From the NCBI RefSeq assembly GCF_006345805.1, contig NC_042997.1:84196001-84260000 (forward strand): a stretch of 64,000 nucleotides of DNA. The letters run 5' to 3'. The stretch's first letter is position 1, and the number at the start of each line of letters is the position of its first letter. Under the pieces are notes generated by a model. The model saw only the letters and a program-made list of their open reading frames with translations. It searched no databases and had not been told where the DNA came from. Position numbers and translations under genes: made by a program. Below are positions 53,173-64,000 of the stretch, one piece after another. This DNA comes from Octopus sinensis (taxonomy: Eukaryota).

Positions 53173-53210
<38 letters not shown>

Positions 53211-53245
53211 CCACACATGCATATATATATATATATACCCACACA

Positions 53246-53283
<38 letters not shown>

Positions 53284-53432
53284 CACCTCCGTGTTCATAC
53301 ACATTAAAACAGATACTTTCATGCGTGTATATATACGTACGTACGTACGTACGTACCTACCTACCTACATACATACATACATACCTATACATATATATAC
53401 CCACATACATACATCATATATATTTATATCAG

Positions 53433-53493
<61 letters not shown>

Positions 53494-53649
53494 TTCGTTG
53501 TTTATATAAAGAAGTGAATATATGATATGCATGTATGTATTTATCGATACACGCATACACACCTGCTTACATACCCATGCAAGCAATCACAATATATACA
53601 TATATGCATGCATACACGCATAAACGCACACACACATACATATGCATAC

Positions 53650-53775
53650 GTAAGCGTGGCTGTGTGGTAAGAAACTTGCTTCTCAACCACATGGTTCCCG
53701 GTTCAGTCTCACTGTGTGGCACCTTTGGCCAGTGTCTTCTCCTAGACGGGAACTGAAAGAAGCCCGTCGTATATA
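53650..53775 (+). mobile_element. SINE family B head, followed by a CR1 insertion
   Basis: GTGGCTGTGTGGTAAG…GGTTCAGTCTC…. Confidence 0.7.
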
Positions 53776-53778
53776 TAT

Positions 53779-53779
<1 letters not shown>

Positions 53780-53818
<39 letters not shown>

Positions 53819-54712
53819 ATTTGGCTCAAAAGCAAATAGCAAGGCCATGTAGGGGGACATGGAGTTAAGTACAGGGTGGTGTTCATGTAAAGAGTTCAGG
53901 CCACTTGAGGTCCAGGGAGGCTTTGAACAAAGCGTCGTCGGCATCTTCACCATCTCGTCTGGCAGCTTGTCCACGGATCCGCAACCCGGACGGAGAAAGC
54001 TCCTCACCTTCGATTGAGATGAAATCGTCGCAGGTAGAGCTTTTCGGAATGACCCCGCAGCGCACTCTGGAGCAGGAGTGAAGAACAGCTCTTTCGAGAG
54101 GTTACACTTTCCGCTTATGATGTTGTGGGCGAGAATGAGATCACCACGGCGGCGGCGTTTTTCAAGAGAATAAAGGTCGAGCGTCCTCAGCCTTTCTTCG
54201 TAGACCATGAACCATGCGGGTAGCCAGCTTCTGGACTCTTTTGAGATGCTGTATGTCTTTGAGGAGATAAGGAGAAGAGGCTTGAATCCCATACTCCAAT
54301 ATGGGTCTCACCAGCGTGACATAGAGTGGTAGGAATGGCTGGCTGTGAGCATTCCGAATGACCGTCGAATCAAGAACAGAATTCCGCGTGCTTTGTTGGC
54401 AGCATGGACGCACTGGGCCGAAGGCGAAAAGGAGGAATCCACCAAGATACCCAGGTCCTTTACCTGATCGGTCCTCTCCAGCAGCAGACGACCCGGCTCG
54501 AAATCAAGTTGAGTTGCAGGAGTAGAGCCGACAGGCAGATGACAGCACTTTGACACGTTCAGACACAGGTCCCAATCGTTAGACCACTTCCAAATTTGGT
54601 GGAGGCATCGACGAAGATCCTCTATATTACCGCGAGGAGCGACAGTTTGATATCGTCGGCAAATAGAAGGGTGTGTTGCGTGAGGTCGTCGGGCAAGTCA
54701 TTTATGAAGACT
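53780..54712 (-). mobile_element. 5'-truncated CR1-clade LINE with (TAAC)n tail
   Basis: FINDLPDD…LLFADDIKL; KDLGILVDSS; LPLYVTLVRPILEY; YEERLRTLDLYSLEKRRRRGDLI; tail at 53780-53818. Confidence 0.9.
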
Positions 54713-54734
54713 AAGAATATATATATATATCTAT

Positions 54735-54923
54735 ATTAATATATATATATATATATCCTTGTTTCTCTCTCCTTGTTTTTTTCTTTGTGTCCTTTCTGTA
54801 GAAGAGCGTAGGCTCGAAACGTAAAAGACTTTTTCTATTCCTGAGCGCTATACTTATACATCTGTTTGTTTTGTACACCACCTGTCTTAGTCTTTTGTTT
54901 TTTTTCGTAAACTTTCCAAATAT

Positions 54924-54925
<2 letters not shown>
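54735..54925 (+). mobile_element. Short repeat in (TA)n context with hammerhead-like motif (PLE pLTR-like)
   Basis: GTCCTTT-CTGTAGA-A-GAGC-GTAG-GCTC-GAAAC-GTA-AAAGAC at 54788-54829. Confidence 0.5.
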
Positions 54926-54980
<55 letters not shown>

Positions 54981-54981
54981 A

Positions 54982-55370
54982 CTACCAGTATCTCCCGACG
55001 TTGCTCGGGTTTGTTTCGACCCGCTGGAATTGGAATTTTTGAAAAGTAAAAATTTTGCATTATGATGCTTGTTATTCTCTTCAAGTGAACATTTTTCTGG
55101 TTGAAATACACCGAAAAGTGGCGACACAGCAGTGAAAAAATCGTAAAAAATAGGGATTTTCATAGAAAAATGCACGTTTTTGATGTGGATAATTTTTGGT
55201 GTTAAGATGGTCCGATTTGAATTTTATCTTCTACGAAAGGAAGAGCAACCCTTCTTCTATCATACTTTCAATTTTGGTCAACTTGCGCCGCAGGGACTCG
55301 GAGGAGATAGTGTTAGTTGAAGGCTACCAAACCTGCCGCATACAGACAACTTCAGCTTTATATAGAGAGA
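54982..55370 (-). mobile_element. Non-autonomous Helitron (complete)
   Basis: 5' a|TCTCTCTATATAAAGC; 3' hairpin CCCGA-GCAACG-TCGGG followed by AGATACTGGTAG|t. Confidence 0.85.
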
Positions 55371-55390
55371 TAACACACACATATTAATAC

Positions 55391-55431
<41 letters not shown>

Positions 55432-56139
55432 TGTATATATGGATGTATGTATGTATATATGTACATCTATCCACTTCTTGCCATATTTTTATCCTTCACT
55501 TCCTACACACACACACACACTCACACACACACACACACACACGCCGCATGCACGCACACATACACACACACACACCTTCTTAGCTTACAATTTCTTTCTT
55601 TCAACAATCGACAACTGAAGTACGCTCGCCAATGAATACTACCAAAAGTTAGCGACAGATCTCTGTTTCCTTTTTCTTTTGAGGATTGGTTTAAGCATTA
55701 ATAAGGGAAAGTAGCAGAATGTGTTATGTCGAATAAGAGTTGCAGAAAGAGGATATGATAGTGGTATACACTTGCAAAGAGAAAGTAGGAGAAAGTGTGG
55801 TAAGAGCAGGAGTAAAGCATTTGAAATGAGAGAGGCAAATCGTAAAATATTGAGTTTTCTCGAATTTTTGCTTAATTGGGGGTGAAATTGAAAAAAATGT
55901 ATATGCCATGACCCAATTGAATCTACTTCGAAAAATCATAGGTAAATTCCAATTGAAGAAATTCTATATTGTACAATTGTATTAAAAACAAACTATGTCA
56001 GAGGCAGAGAAAATCTGCCTTTTATCATAAGACATAAGAGATAGGAGATAAGAGATATATATGTATGTATGAATATATATATATATATGTTTGTATGTAT
56101 GTATGTAGGTATATGCATGTATATGTTTATGTGAGTGTG

Positions 56140-56275
56140 TGAGACCGATAGAGTAAGTACTAGGCTTACAAAGAATAAGTCCTGGCGTCGATTTCTGCGG
56201 CCATGCTGGTGGTGCTCCAGCATGGCCGCAGTGAAATGACTGGAACAAGTAAAAGAATAAATACATAAATGATTA
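56140..56275 (+). mobile_element. SINE family B 3' part with foldback hairpin
   Basis: Homology to family B; 15-bp perfect inverted repeat at 56195-56231. Confidence 0.75.
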
Positions 56276-56290
56276 AAGAAAAGAAGCGCA

Positions 56291-56324
<34 letters not shown>

Positions 56325-56814
56325 CATGCATAGTGTATAATTTGCCTGTATTATAGAAATAATATTTGGTGTGTAAGCGGTATGATTATGTTTGTAGTGA
56401 TAGCGCTGGTGATGCCAACATAGATGGTGGAGTGACTGTTTTTTAAATTTCTAATTCTTTGCTCTGGTGTTCTTCCTTGTAATTGGGCGTAGTAATTACA
56501 TCGGGGTTCGCTGCTTGTGTGGTGGCCCTGTGCAATGTTAATACTAGCAATAATGTTATGTGTTGCTTGATTATAAGTAGCACTGGCGAAATAGCATTAC
56601 TGTTGTTTATGTTAAACACTAGATCAGCCATGAGTAGACATTTTAATCAAAAGCGTTCCAACGGCGACCATTCCATGTTGATCTCTGAAATTGTACATAT
56701 ATATATATATATAAATGTACATACATAGATACATACATAGATACATACATACATACATACATACATACATACATACATACATACATAAGTATGCTTGTAT
56801 GTATTATTCTGTTA

Positions 56815-57270
56815 TTCTTTTATTCTTTTGCATGTTTCAGTCATTTAACTGTGGCCATGTTGGATCACCGCTTTGAAAGATTTTAGTCGAACGAATTGAA
56901 CCCAGCACTTTTTAAAACCTACTACTTATTCTATCGGAATCTTTTTGCTAAACCACTAAGTTATGGGGACGTAAACAAACCAACACCGGTTGTCAAGTGG
57001 TGTTGGGGGACAAACACAGACATACAGACACGCATACTCACATACGACGGGCTTCTTTCAGTTTACGTCCACCAAATACACTGACAAGACATTGGTCGAC
57101 CCGAGGCTGTAGTAGAGGACACTTGCTCAAGGTGTCACGCTGTGGAACGAAACCCTGAAATCATGTGGTTGGGAAGCAAGCTTCTTATTTCTTTGCCCAC
57201 AAGGGGCTAAACATAGAGGGGACAAACAAGGACAGTCAAAGGGATTACTACACAACCACACCTGCGCCTG
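56815..57270 (-). mobile_element. SINE family B with a nested family A tail fragment (about 57187-57245)
   Basis: Homology; insert matches the reverse complement of 60250-60305. Confidence 0.75.
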
Positions 57271-57349
57271 TGCGTGTGTTTGTGTTTATGTGTGTGTGTG
57301 TTTATGTGTGTGAGTGAGTGTGTGTGTATGTGTGTGTGTGTGTATAATG

Positions 57350-57600
57350 AAGGCGCGTAACCGAGTTGTCTGTGTTGCACTCTCAATCACAAGTTCGTAG
57401 TTTCGATTTCCAGACCGTTGATGTGTTGTACTCTTGAGCAAGACACTTCATTTTACGTTGCTCCAGTTCACCCAACTGTAAATGGGTAACCCTATGACGG
57501 ACAGGCATGCCGTTCAGGGTGTATGTTAGCCTGCCTGCCAAGCCAGCAGGGTGGCATCATTCAAGAGCCACGACAATGCAAAGAAGCATGTTGGTGATTA
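57350..57600 (+). mobile_element. SINE family C variant
   Basis: GGCGCGTAACCGAG…GTTTCGATTTCC…CTTGAGCAAGACACTT. Confidence 0.6.
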
Positions 57601-57706
57601 ACGGTGGATAACATCTGATAGCCTCGTCGATATAGTGAGACAATGACAGTGATATGTACACCTACACACTTGCATACATACATACATACATACATACATA
57701 CATACA

Positions 57707-57739
<33 letters not shown>

Positions 57740-57753
57740 GTGTGTGTGCGCGT

Positions 57754-57788
<35 letters not shown>

Positions 57789-57817
57789 ACACACACACAT
57801 ATATATAAAGGGTACAG

Positions 57818-58140
57818 ACCCCCTTCACTCATGTACCATAGGGTTGCACCTAGAAATTTACCTTCCGAGACACAAGTCCGAGCAAATTTGTTTATGGAAG
57901 ACTAGCAGTTACCATGCATACCAGCCTCCCCTCTCTATGCCAAAGTTTTCCAAGGGAAAGGCAAAGGCCGATACAGCTTAGCACCAGTGATGTCGCAACT
58001 CATTTCTACAGCTGAGTGAACTGGAGCAACGTGAAATAAAATGTCTTGCTCAAGAATGCAACGTATATCCTGGTCCAAGAATCGAACTCACTACTTCATG
58101 ATTTTGAGTCCGACGCTCTAACCACTGACACATGCACCTA
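57818..58140 (-). mobile_element. SINE family C, near full length
   Basis: Minus strand GGTGCATGTGTCAGTGGTTAGAGCG…GAGTTCGATTC…CTTGAGCAAGACA…. Confidence 0.8.
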
Positions 58141-58314
58141 CATATGCACACACACACACACATACACATGCATATATATATGTGTCTGTCTTCGGTTTAA
58201 TGTTTGGTCCCCACCACCGCTTGACAAGCTGTTTACGTCCCCGGAATTCAGAGGCCCAGCAAAAGAGACTGAAAGTTGAACGCTTTTACTGAAACAATTA
58301 AAAGCAAAAATAAG

Positions 58315-58637
<323 letters not shown>

Positions 58638-59283
58638 ATTGTACATAAAGATATATAATTTTCTGAGTGCCTTTGCCATCATTTTTTTAAAGTTGGTAGG
58701 GAAATTTGGTTGCTATTTCTAACAATGCAAGTGACCACCTTGAGACCTCTCATATTTGTCGATGTGTCTCTTCTTTTGACATCGTTTATTTCCCGACTCC
58801 TGTTTGTGCAGGTCTTTTATCAAAAGCATTCCACCCTTTAACATGTCATCAACAGTATATGTAATATGGTTACATCATCCAATGTGTCCCTCCCGTATTA
58901 AGACGTTAGGCTGTGATTGGAAGGTACTCTGCAGCTGTTACTAAGAAGTCGAATACTCATATAGAGTTTATGTATTGAAGAGATGTACTAGTTTTGTTAG
59001 CTGTAAATATGAGTGGGTGGCAAAGTGTGAAATAATGTTGTCGCTACTTTCCTTCAGGCTTGTCTCTTGGAGCTGCCCCATGATCACTAGCCTGGCTGGG
59101 GCGTAGGGGCAGTCAGCTCTGGGGTGGATGGAGAGGGAAATGGATTTGATGCTTCGGGTTATCTACACTCATCATCTGTACTGCATAGCTTTTGATGATG
59201 CGGACCGTATCTAGTTTCCTTGAATCCTGCTTTTTGCGAGTGAATAATTTGAGAGAGAATTGGTTCTTATTTTAAGAAAGTCA

Positions 59284-59690
59284 TCAGAAAACTAAGGCTT
59301 CAATAGCACACATTTTAAGTTGATTTTGATGGTAATGTATAGCAGTTGTTCTCAAACCAATAAATACCAGGCTATCTCCAACAAATAATATTAAAATTTT
59401 TACGTCCCCTATTAATGAACGTCTAACGATTTTCCTTCCGTATAATTTTTCTTTCTTCACCATGGTGATGAACGAGTTTAAAATGTTTAAGACTGTGTGA
59501 ATGTTATTAAATATGGGGTTTGTCCGCCCCATTTCAGTCCTCTCGGCAGCCCCTTCCATGAAAAACATTGATGTAAAGGATGTTTGTGAAACTGTTTTTC
59601 TGTCTGTACTTTTTGTGTTTTTAGTGGAAATTATACAATGAAATGATTTTTCTTTGTTGCGTTTGTTTATTCTCATCTTAGCCCTGATTC
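59284..59690 (-). mobile_element. Possible decayed LINE RT relic
   Basis: ORF 59284..59676 loosely follows Q.GF..GR….NI…II…G…D of RT domains 2-3. Confidence 0.3.
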
Positions 59691-60071
59691 AGCTGTGACT
59701 ATCCCGTTCTTTTTACAAGCATAGTGTGTAGTCTAGTCCCTCCCCCCTCTCTGCCTCCCTTCATTTATCATATCCTCAATACTCCACTAGATCAAAGGGT
59801 GAGAGAGTCGAGAGGTTGTCTATATTTGCTCTCAACTACATGGGCATCTAAAATAATTGTCGAAAGCGTAGTATATTAGGCCCAGACATACCTATCTGCG
59901 GGTGATGGCTGGTTGTTTTTAGTACATCCAGGTTCACGTTATGCATTATTGGAATTGTTTTACAATGTAGACGTGATTTGAGGATATTTGACATTAACAT
60001 GGTGAACGGTCACATCTAGATTCTCTGACTATTTAGTGTGCACTACATTATCCAGTAAGAAGGTGCATTGT

Positions 60072-60310
60072 AAGGTGGCGAGCAGGCAGAATCGTTAGCA
60101 TGCCGGGCGAAATGCTTAGGGGTATTTCGTCTGCCGCTACGTTCTGAGTTCAAATTCCGCCGAGGTCGACTTTGCCTTTCATCCTTTCGGGGTCGATTAA
60201 ATAAGTACCAGTTAGGCACTGGGGTCGATATAATCGACTTAATCCGTTTGTCTGTCCTTGTTTGTCCCCTCTGTGTATAGCCCCTGGTGGGCAGTAAAAA
60301 AAATAAGAAG
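60072..60310 (+). mobile_element. SINE family A, long-tail variant (young)
   Basis: Clear A/B boxes; near-identical to 48738-48963. Confidence 0.85.
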
Positions 60311-60388
60311 GCGCATAGCCCAGTGGTAAGGCAAATGGATTGTCGATTACCTTTATGGAACACAAGTAGTGTCCTTCTGCAAGACACT

Positions 60389-60900
60389 TTACTTCACATC
60401 AGCCCACTCCACTCCATATTCTTTGCCCAGTGTTCCTGGGAGAGTTATGTGGGGTTGAGTCCTCAGGCATGTTCTCCATGGAGTGCTGTCAGAAGTATCT
60501 GTCATTAGACTTTCCGACAGGAAAGCGCAGCCAACTGAGACAATGAGTATTATCCATCTCATTCGTGGTCTACTCCAAAGTCTCCTGTCAATTGGCTCGG
60601 CTTGAAGAATCCGTTTTCTGATTCTTTCCTGCGATAATATAATCCCATGTCCATAGTTCCGGGGCAGTGACCTCTCAATGCGGAGAAGAAGCGGCTCAAC
60701 CTGGAAAGACTCCTTGATCTCCGAGCCACGCACACTGTTTAGTAACGTTAATTCGTAGATCTTTCGGAGGAATTCCATTTCGGCCACTTTTATCATTGAT
60801 CATATTCTTTCGGTCATTAACCAACATAGATGTTGGTTAATGACATAGATGAGGATTAGTGATAAACTGATTATTAAGACTGGTAGAGTACCTTGTTAAT
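60389..60900 (-). mobile_element. RTE-clade LINE 3' fragment
   Basis: AEMEFLRKI…SVRGSEIKESFQVEPLLLRIERS…YGH…ERIRKRIL…RPRMRW. Confidence 0.8.
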
Positions 60901-61164
60901 GTTAGGATAGCGCAGTAACGTCAGCGGGTCATACGTATACGTCCAAAAGCGTTCAGAGGGATTTATCCAACAGTGAGCTACTATATTCTGTCATTACCTT
61001 TTACATTATCTGATATGTTCTTTGGAGGAGATTCTACTGTTACTTCTGGAAAAAAAACAAAACAATCGACTATATACGGTGTCTTACATTGTGTCTCATA
61101 GTTGTTGTTAAGGGTTATTATTATGGTTGTGATGACATATGTAGTTGCGGTAATTGTATTAACA

Positions 61165-61410
61165 AAGATGAGGGATATGTGATTAGAATGTGGAAGAAAA
61201 GAATCAAAGAATCATATGACGGATTCTTCAGGCCGAGCAAATAAGCAGTAGTCTTAGGGGGTAGACCAAGAACGAAATGGATGGATAATATCCATAGTCT
61301 CAGGTGGTCATCACCCTTGGAAATCCAACGGGAAAAATCCAAAAACGCTTGCTTTTAATAGGACCCTATTGAGGAGGTCCCTGAGGATTCTACCCCAACA
61401 ACTTTCTTAG
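61165..61410 (+). mobile_element. Second RTE 3' fragment, opposite orientation
   Basis: …YVIRM…GGRPRTKWMDNIHSLRWS. Confidence 0.55.
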
Positions 61411-61880
61411 GAATAGGAGTAGAGAAGATGGACGGATAGAAGATTATATTGGCGCTGGTAATAAAGGCAAGTGTTCTTTTAGTTCTAAGTGAGGTCCGAG
61501 TGAGCAGACTTTTCTTTTTATATTTCTTTGTTTGCAGTATATATGTAGTATGTATGATTCGTGCTTCTTGTTCGGTGTTCTTTAGACTGTTCTGCCGCAT
61601 CCTCTTTGTTTATCTTGGAGTAATTAGGGATTTCAAGTGTCTTGTAGTGGGATTGAATATTTTTCCTTGCAATTATTACAAGGTCGATGTTGCGTATGAT
61701 GATGATAATGAGGTGTGTGTCTGTGCGTGCGTGTGATTATAACAGCTGGCTGTTGTAAGTAACACCATCCCTTTGATTCTTAGTACTCTCTTAACCGTCA
61801 TGTCTGCTTGTCTGTACCAACGTACTCATTCATTTTCTCTCTCCTATTTTCTGTGTGTATGTGTGTGAATATATATATAT

Positions 61881-62280
61881 CTTTTATCTTTTATCTTTTA
61901 CTTGTTTCAGTCATTTGACTGCGGCCATGCTGGAGCACCGCCTTTAGTCGAGCAAATCGGCCCCGGGACTTATTCTTTGTAAGCCCAGTACTTATTCTAT
62001 CGGTCTCTTTTTGCCGAACCGCAAAGTGACGGGGACGTAAACACACCAGCATTGGTTGTCAAGCAATGCTAGAGGAACAAACACAAACACACACGCATAC
62101 ATATATATACATATATATGACAGGCTTCTTTCAGTTTCCGTCTACCAAATCCACTCACAAGGCATTGGTCGGCCCGGGGCTATACCAGAAGGCACTTGCC
62201 CAAGATGCCACGCAGTGGGATTGAACCCGGAACCATGTGGTTGGTTAGCAAGCTACTTACCACACAGCCACTCCTGCGCC
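61881..62280 (-). mobile_element. SINE family B, full length (tRNA head + CORE-like domain)
   Basis: GGCGCAGGAGTGGCTGTGTGG A-box, GGTTCAATCCC B-box, CORE-like CTTGGGCAAGTG, internal (TA/TG), (TAAAAGA)n tail. Confidence 0.85.
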
Positions 62281-62829
62281 TATATATATATATTTATATA
62301 TATATATATATAGACTTATGTGTATATATGTTATATATATATATATATATTATATATATAATATATATATATATATACACACACACACACGTACATATAT
62401 GTGTGTGTCTGTGTATACAAACTCACACATACACACACAAGAATTCTTAAACATACTCATCAATTTCGTTGTTTTTTATTCTTCTAATACTTTCTGTTAT
62501 TGGACTGCGGCCATGGCTGAATAACATCTTAAAAGTTTTTGTTTTCTTTCGTCGATCATGTTGACAGTTGTATGTATTTCATAGGCTCACTAATTTACAT
62601 TTTGGGTCATAATGCTAGTTCGTAAGCCGGTACACATACACACCATCATACACGCCCACATGTGATGCGAATCTTCACCAAATACATTTTACTAAATATC
62701 AATGAACCTCAGAGTACAGTAGAATACACTTCTTCAAAATACCGCGCAGTGGATTCGAGCCAGAAACCTCGTGTATGAAAAGTGGAATTCCTAACCACAT
62801 GACTACGGCTCCACCAACAATGTTTTTTT

Positions 62830-63160
62830 TTTTTTACTTTTAATTGTTTCAGCCAATGGAGCACGACCATGCTGGAGCACGCCTTAAAGGGTTTTAGTCA
62901 AACAAATACAATACTTATGTTTTGTGTTTAAGTCTGGTGCTTATTCTATCGGTCTTATATGGAACCACTAAGCTTCGGGGATGTAAACAAACCAACATTG
63001 GTTTTTAAGCGGTGGGGCGACAGATATGTCCCCGTAATTTAGCGGTTTAGCAAAAGAAAATGATAGAATGGGTAATGTAGTCGACTTTTTTCGACTAAAT
63101 CTTTCAAGGCGGTGCTCTAGCATGACCATAGTCCAATGACCAAAACGAGTAAGAGAAATA
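62830..63160. mobile_element. Two family B 3' fragments in opposite orientation
   Basis: 62830-63000 on minus, 63000-63160 on plus. Confidence 0.6.
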
Positions 63161-63314
63161 TACGTTATCGAAGATTGCTTAACTTTAGACAGTAGAGTGT
63201 GATTTGAAAGATATTTGGTTCTTATTTCTAGCTGGTAGAGCGACAACCTATAAGCTTCCACGTTGATTCGCGCTGTGTGTTGGATTTATTTTTGGTTGTT
63301 TTGTGTTGCAAAGG

Positions 63315-63520
63315 CATAGTTGGTAGTGGTTAGAATGTTGAGCTCACAATCGTAAGCTCATGGGTTCGATTCATTGACCGGGTGTTATAACCTTGAGCAT
63401 GTACTTTATTTCCCATTACTCTAGTCTACTCAGCTGTAATGAATACCAGCAGCGTGTTGGTGCAATCCCCACTCCCTCTAATTGTCACATCCTGGATCTC
63501 CGCTGGGTCAAGGGTCGTTC
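63315..63520 (+). mobile_element. SINE family C, degenerate
   Basis: TAGTGGTTAG…GGTTCGATTC…CCTTGAGCA. Confidence 0.6.
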
Positions 63521-64000
63521 ATGACTACACAATTAGCACAGATATGTTACAAGTCATACTCGCTTGCTAATGACGGCTATGGCTTTGTATTGTCTATGTG
63601 TTTCATGCTGTCTGTCAAGCTGTCTACTTACTGTTTTATAAACCTATCCACCAATTCACTTCACTACCTATCTATGTTTGTCACCTCTCCAAATACTTAT
63701 CTACCGATAACTTAGCTATTTGCCAAGCTGATCACTTGCCAATCAAATTTCTACCTTGTTACATCGTCAATCACAGTCTCGACTTCAACCTACGTAAAAC
63801 ACACAATTTCTATTTCACCCCTAACCCAATCACAACTAACTGTCGTAAAACAACTGCATACCTAAAATGAAGGCTGGTACAAACACACAAGAATCCACTG
63901 CAAATGCAAACAAGATAGAAATAGCTTAGAAAACAATTCCAAATCCTACTTAAAATGAAACAAAGAAAAATAAAATGAAATGATAAAGATACAATCATGA

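Noticed and set aside
52188-53525. Longest ORFs in the track (237 and 250 aa)
   Set aside because: Dominated by (CATA)n, (TA)n and (TATC)n; no domain
60043-60387. Recurrent ORFs containing YLIDPERMKGKVDLGGI-type peptides
   Set aside because: Open frames within SINE family A, not a protein family

Overview
AT-rich eukaryotic genomic DNA, almost entirely repeat-derived. The SINE families and microsatellite load suggest an octopus/coleoid cephalopod (inferred from recognition, not searched). No intact protein-coding gene is supported, and most ORF-track entries are microsatellite or SINE artefacts. Contents: a decayed full-length Helitron (17117-22943) with a RepHel pseudogene and recognisable termini; several non-autonomous Helitrons, including a head-to-tail pair; two mariner relics; LINE relics of Tx1, CR1, RTE and RLE/R4-like type; a Penelope-like element (PLE) relic; a probable solo LTR; and dozens of tRNA-derived SINE copies in at least 4 families. 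Main discovery candidate: a tRNA-headed SINE whose 3' half folds as a minimal type-I hammerhead ribozyme (3 copies). One insertion has the inverted-tail-plus-full-copy structure typical of Penelope-like retroelements. A second, unrelated hammerhead-like repeat and a decayed PLE reverse transcriptase lie in the same window. A few weak candidate host exons are noted on the + strand. Coordinates of decayed elements are approximate.
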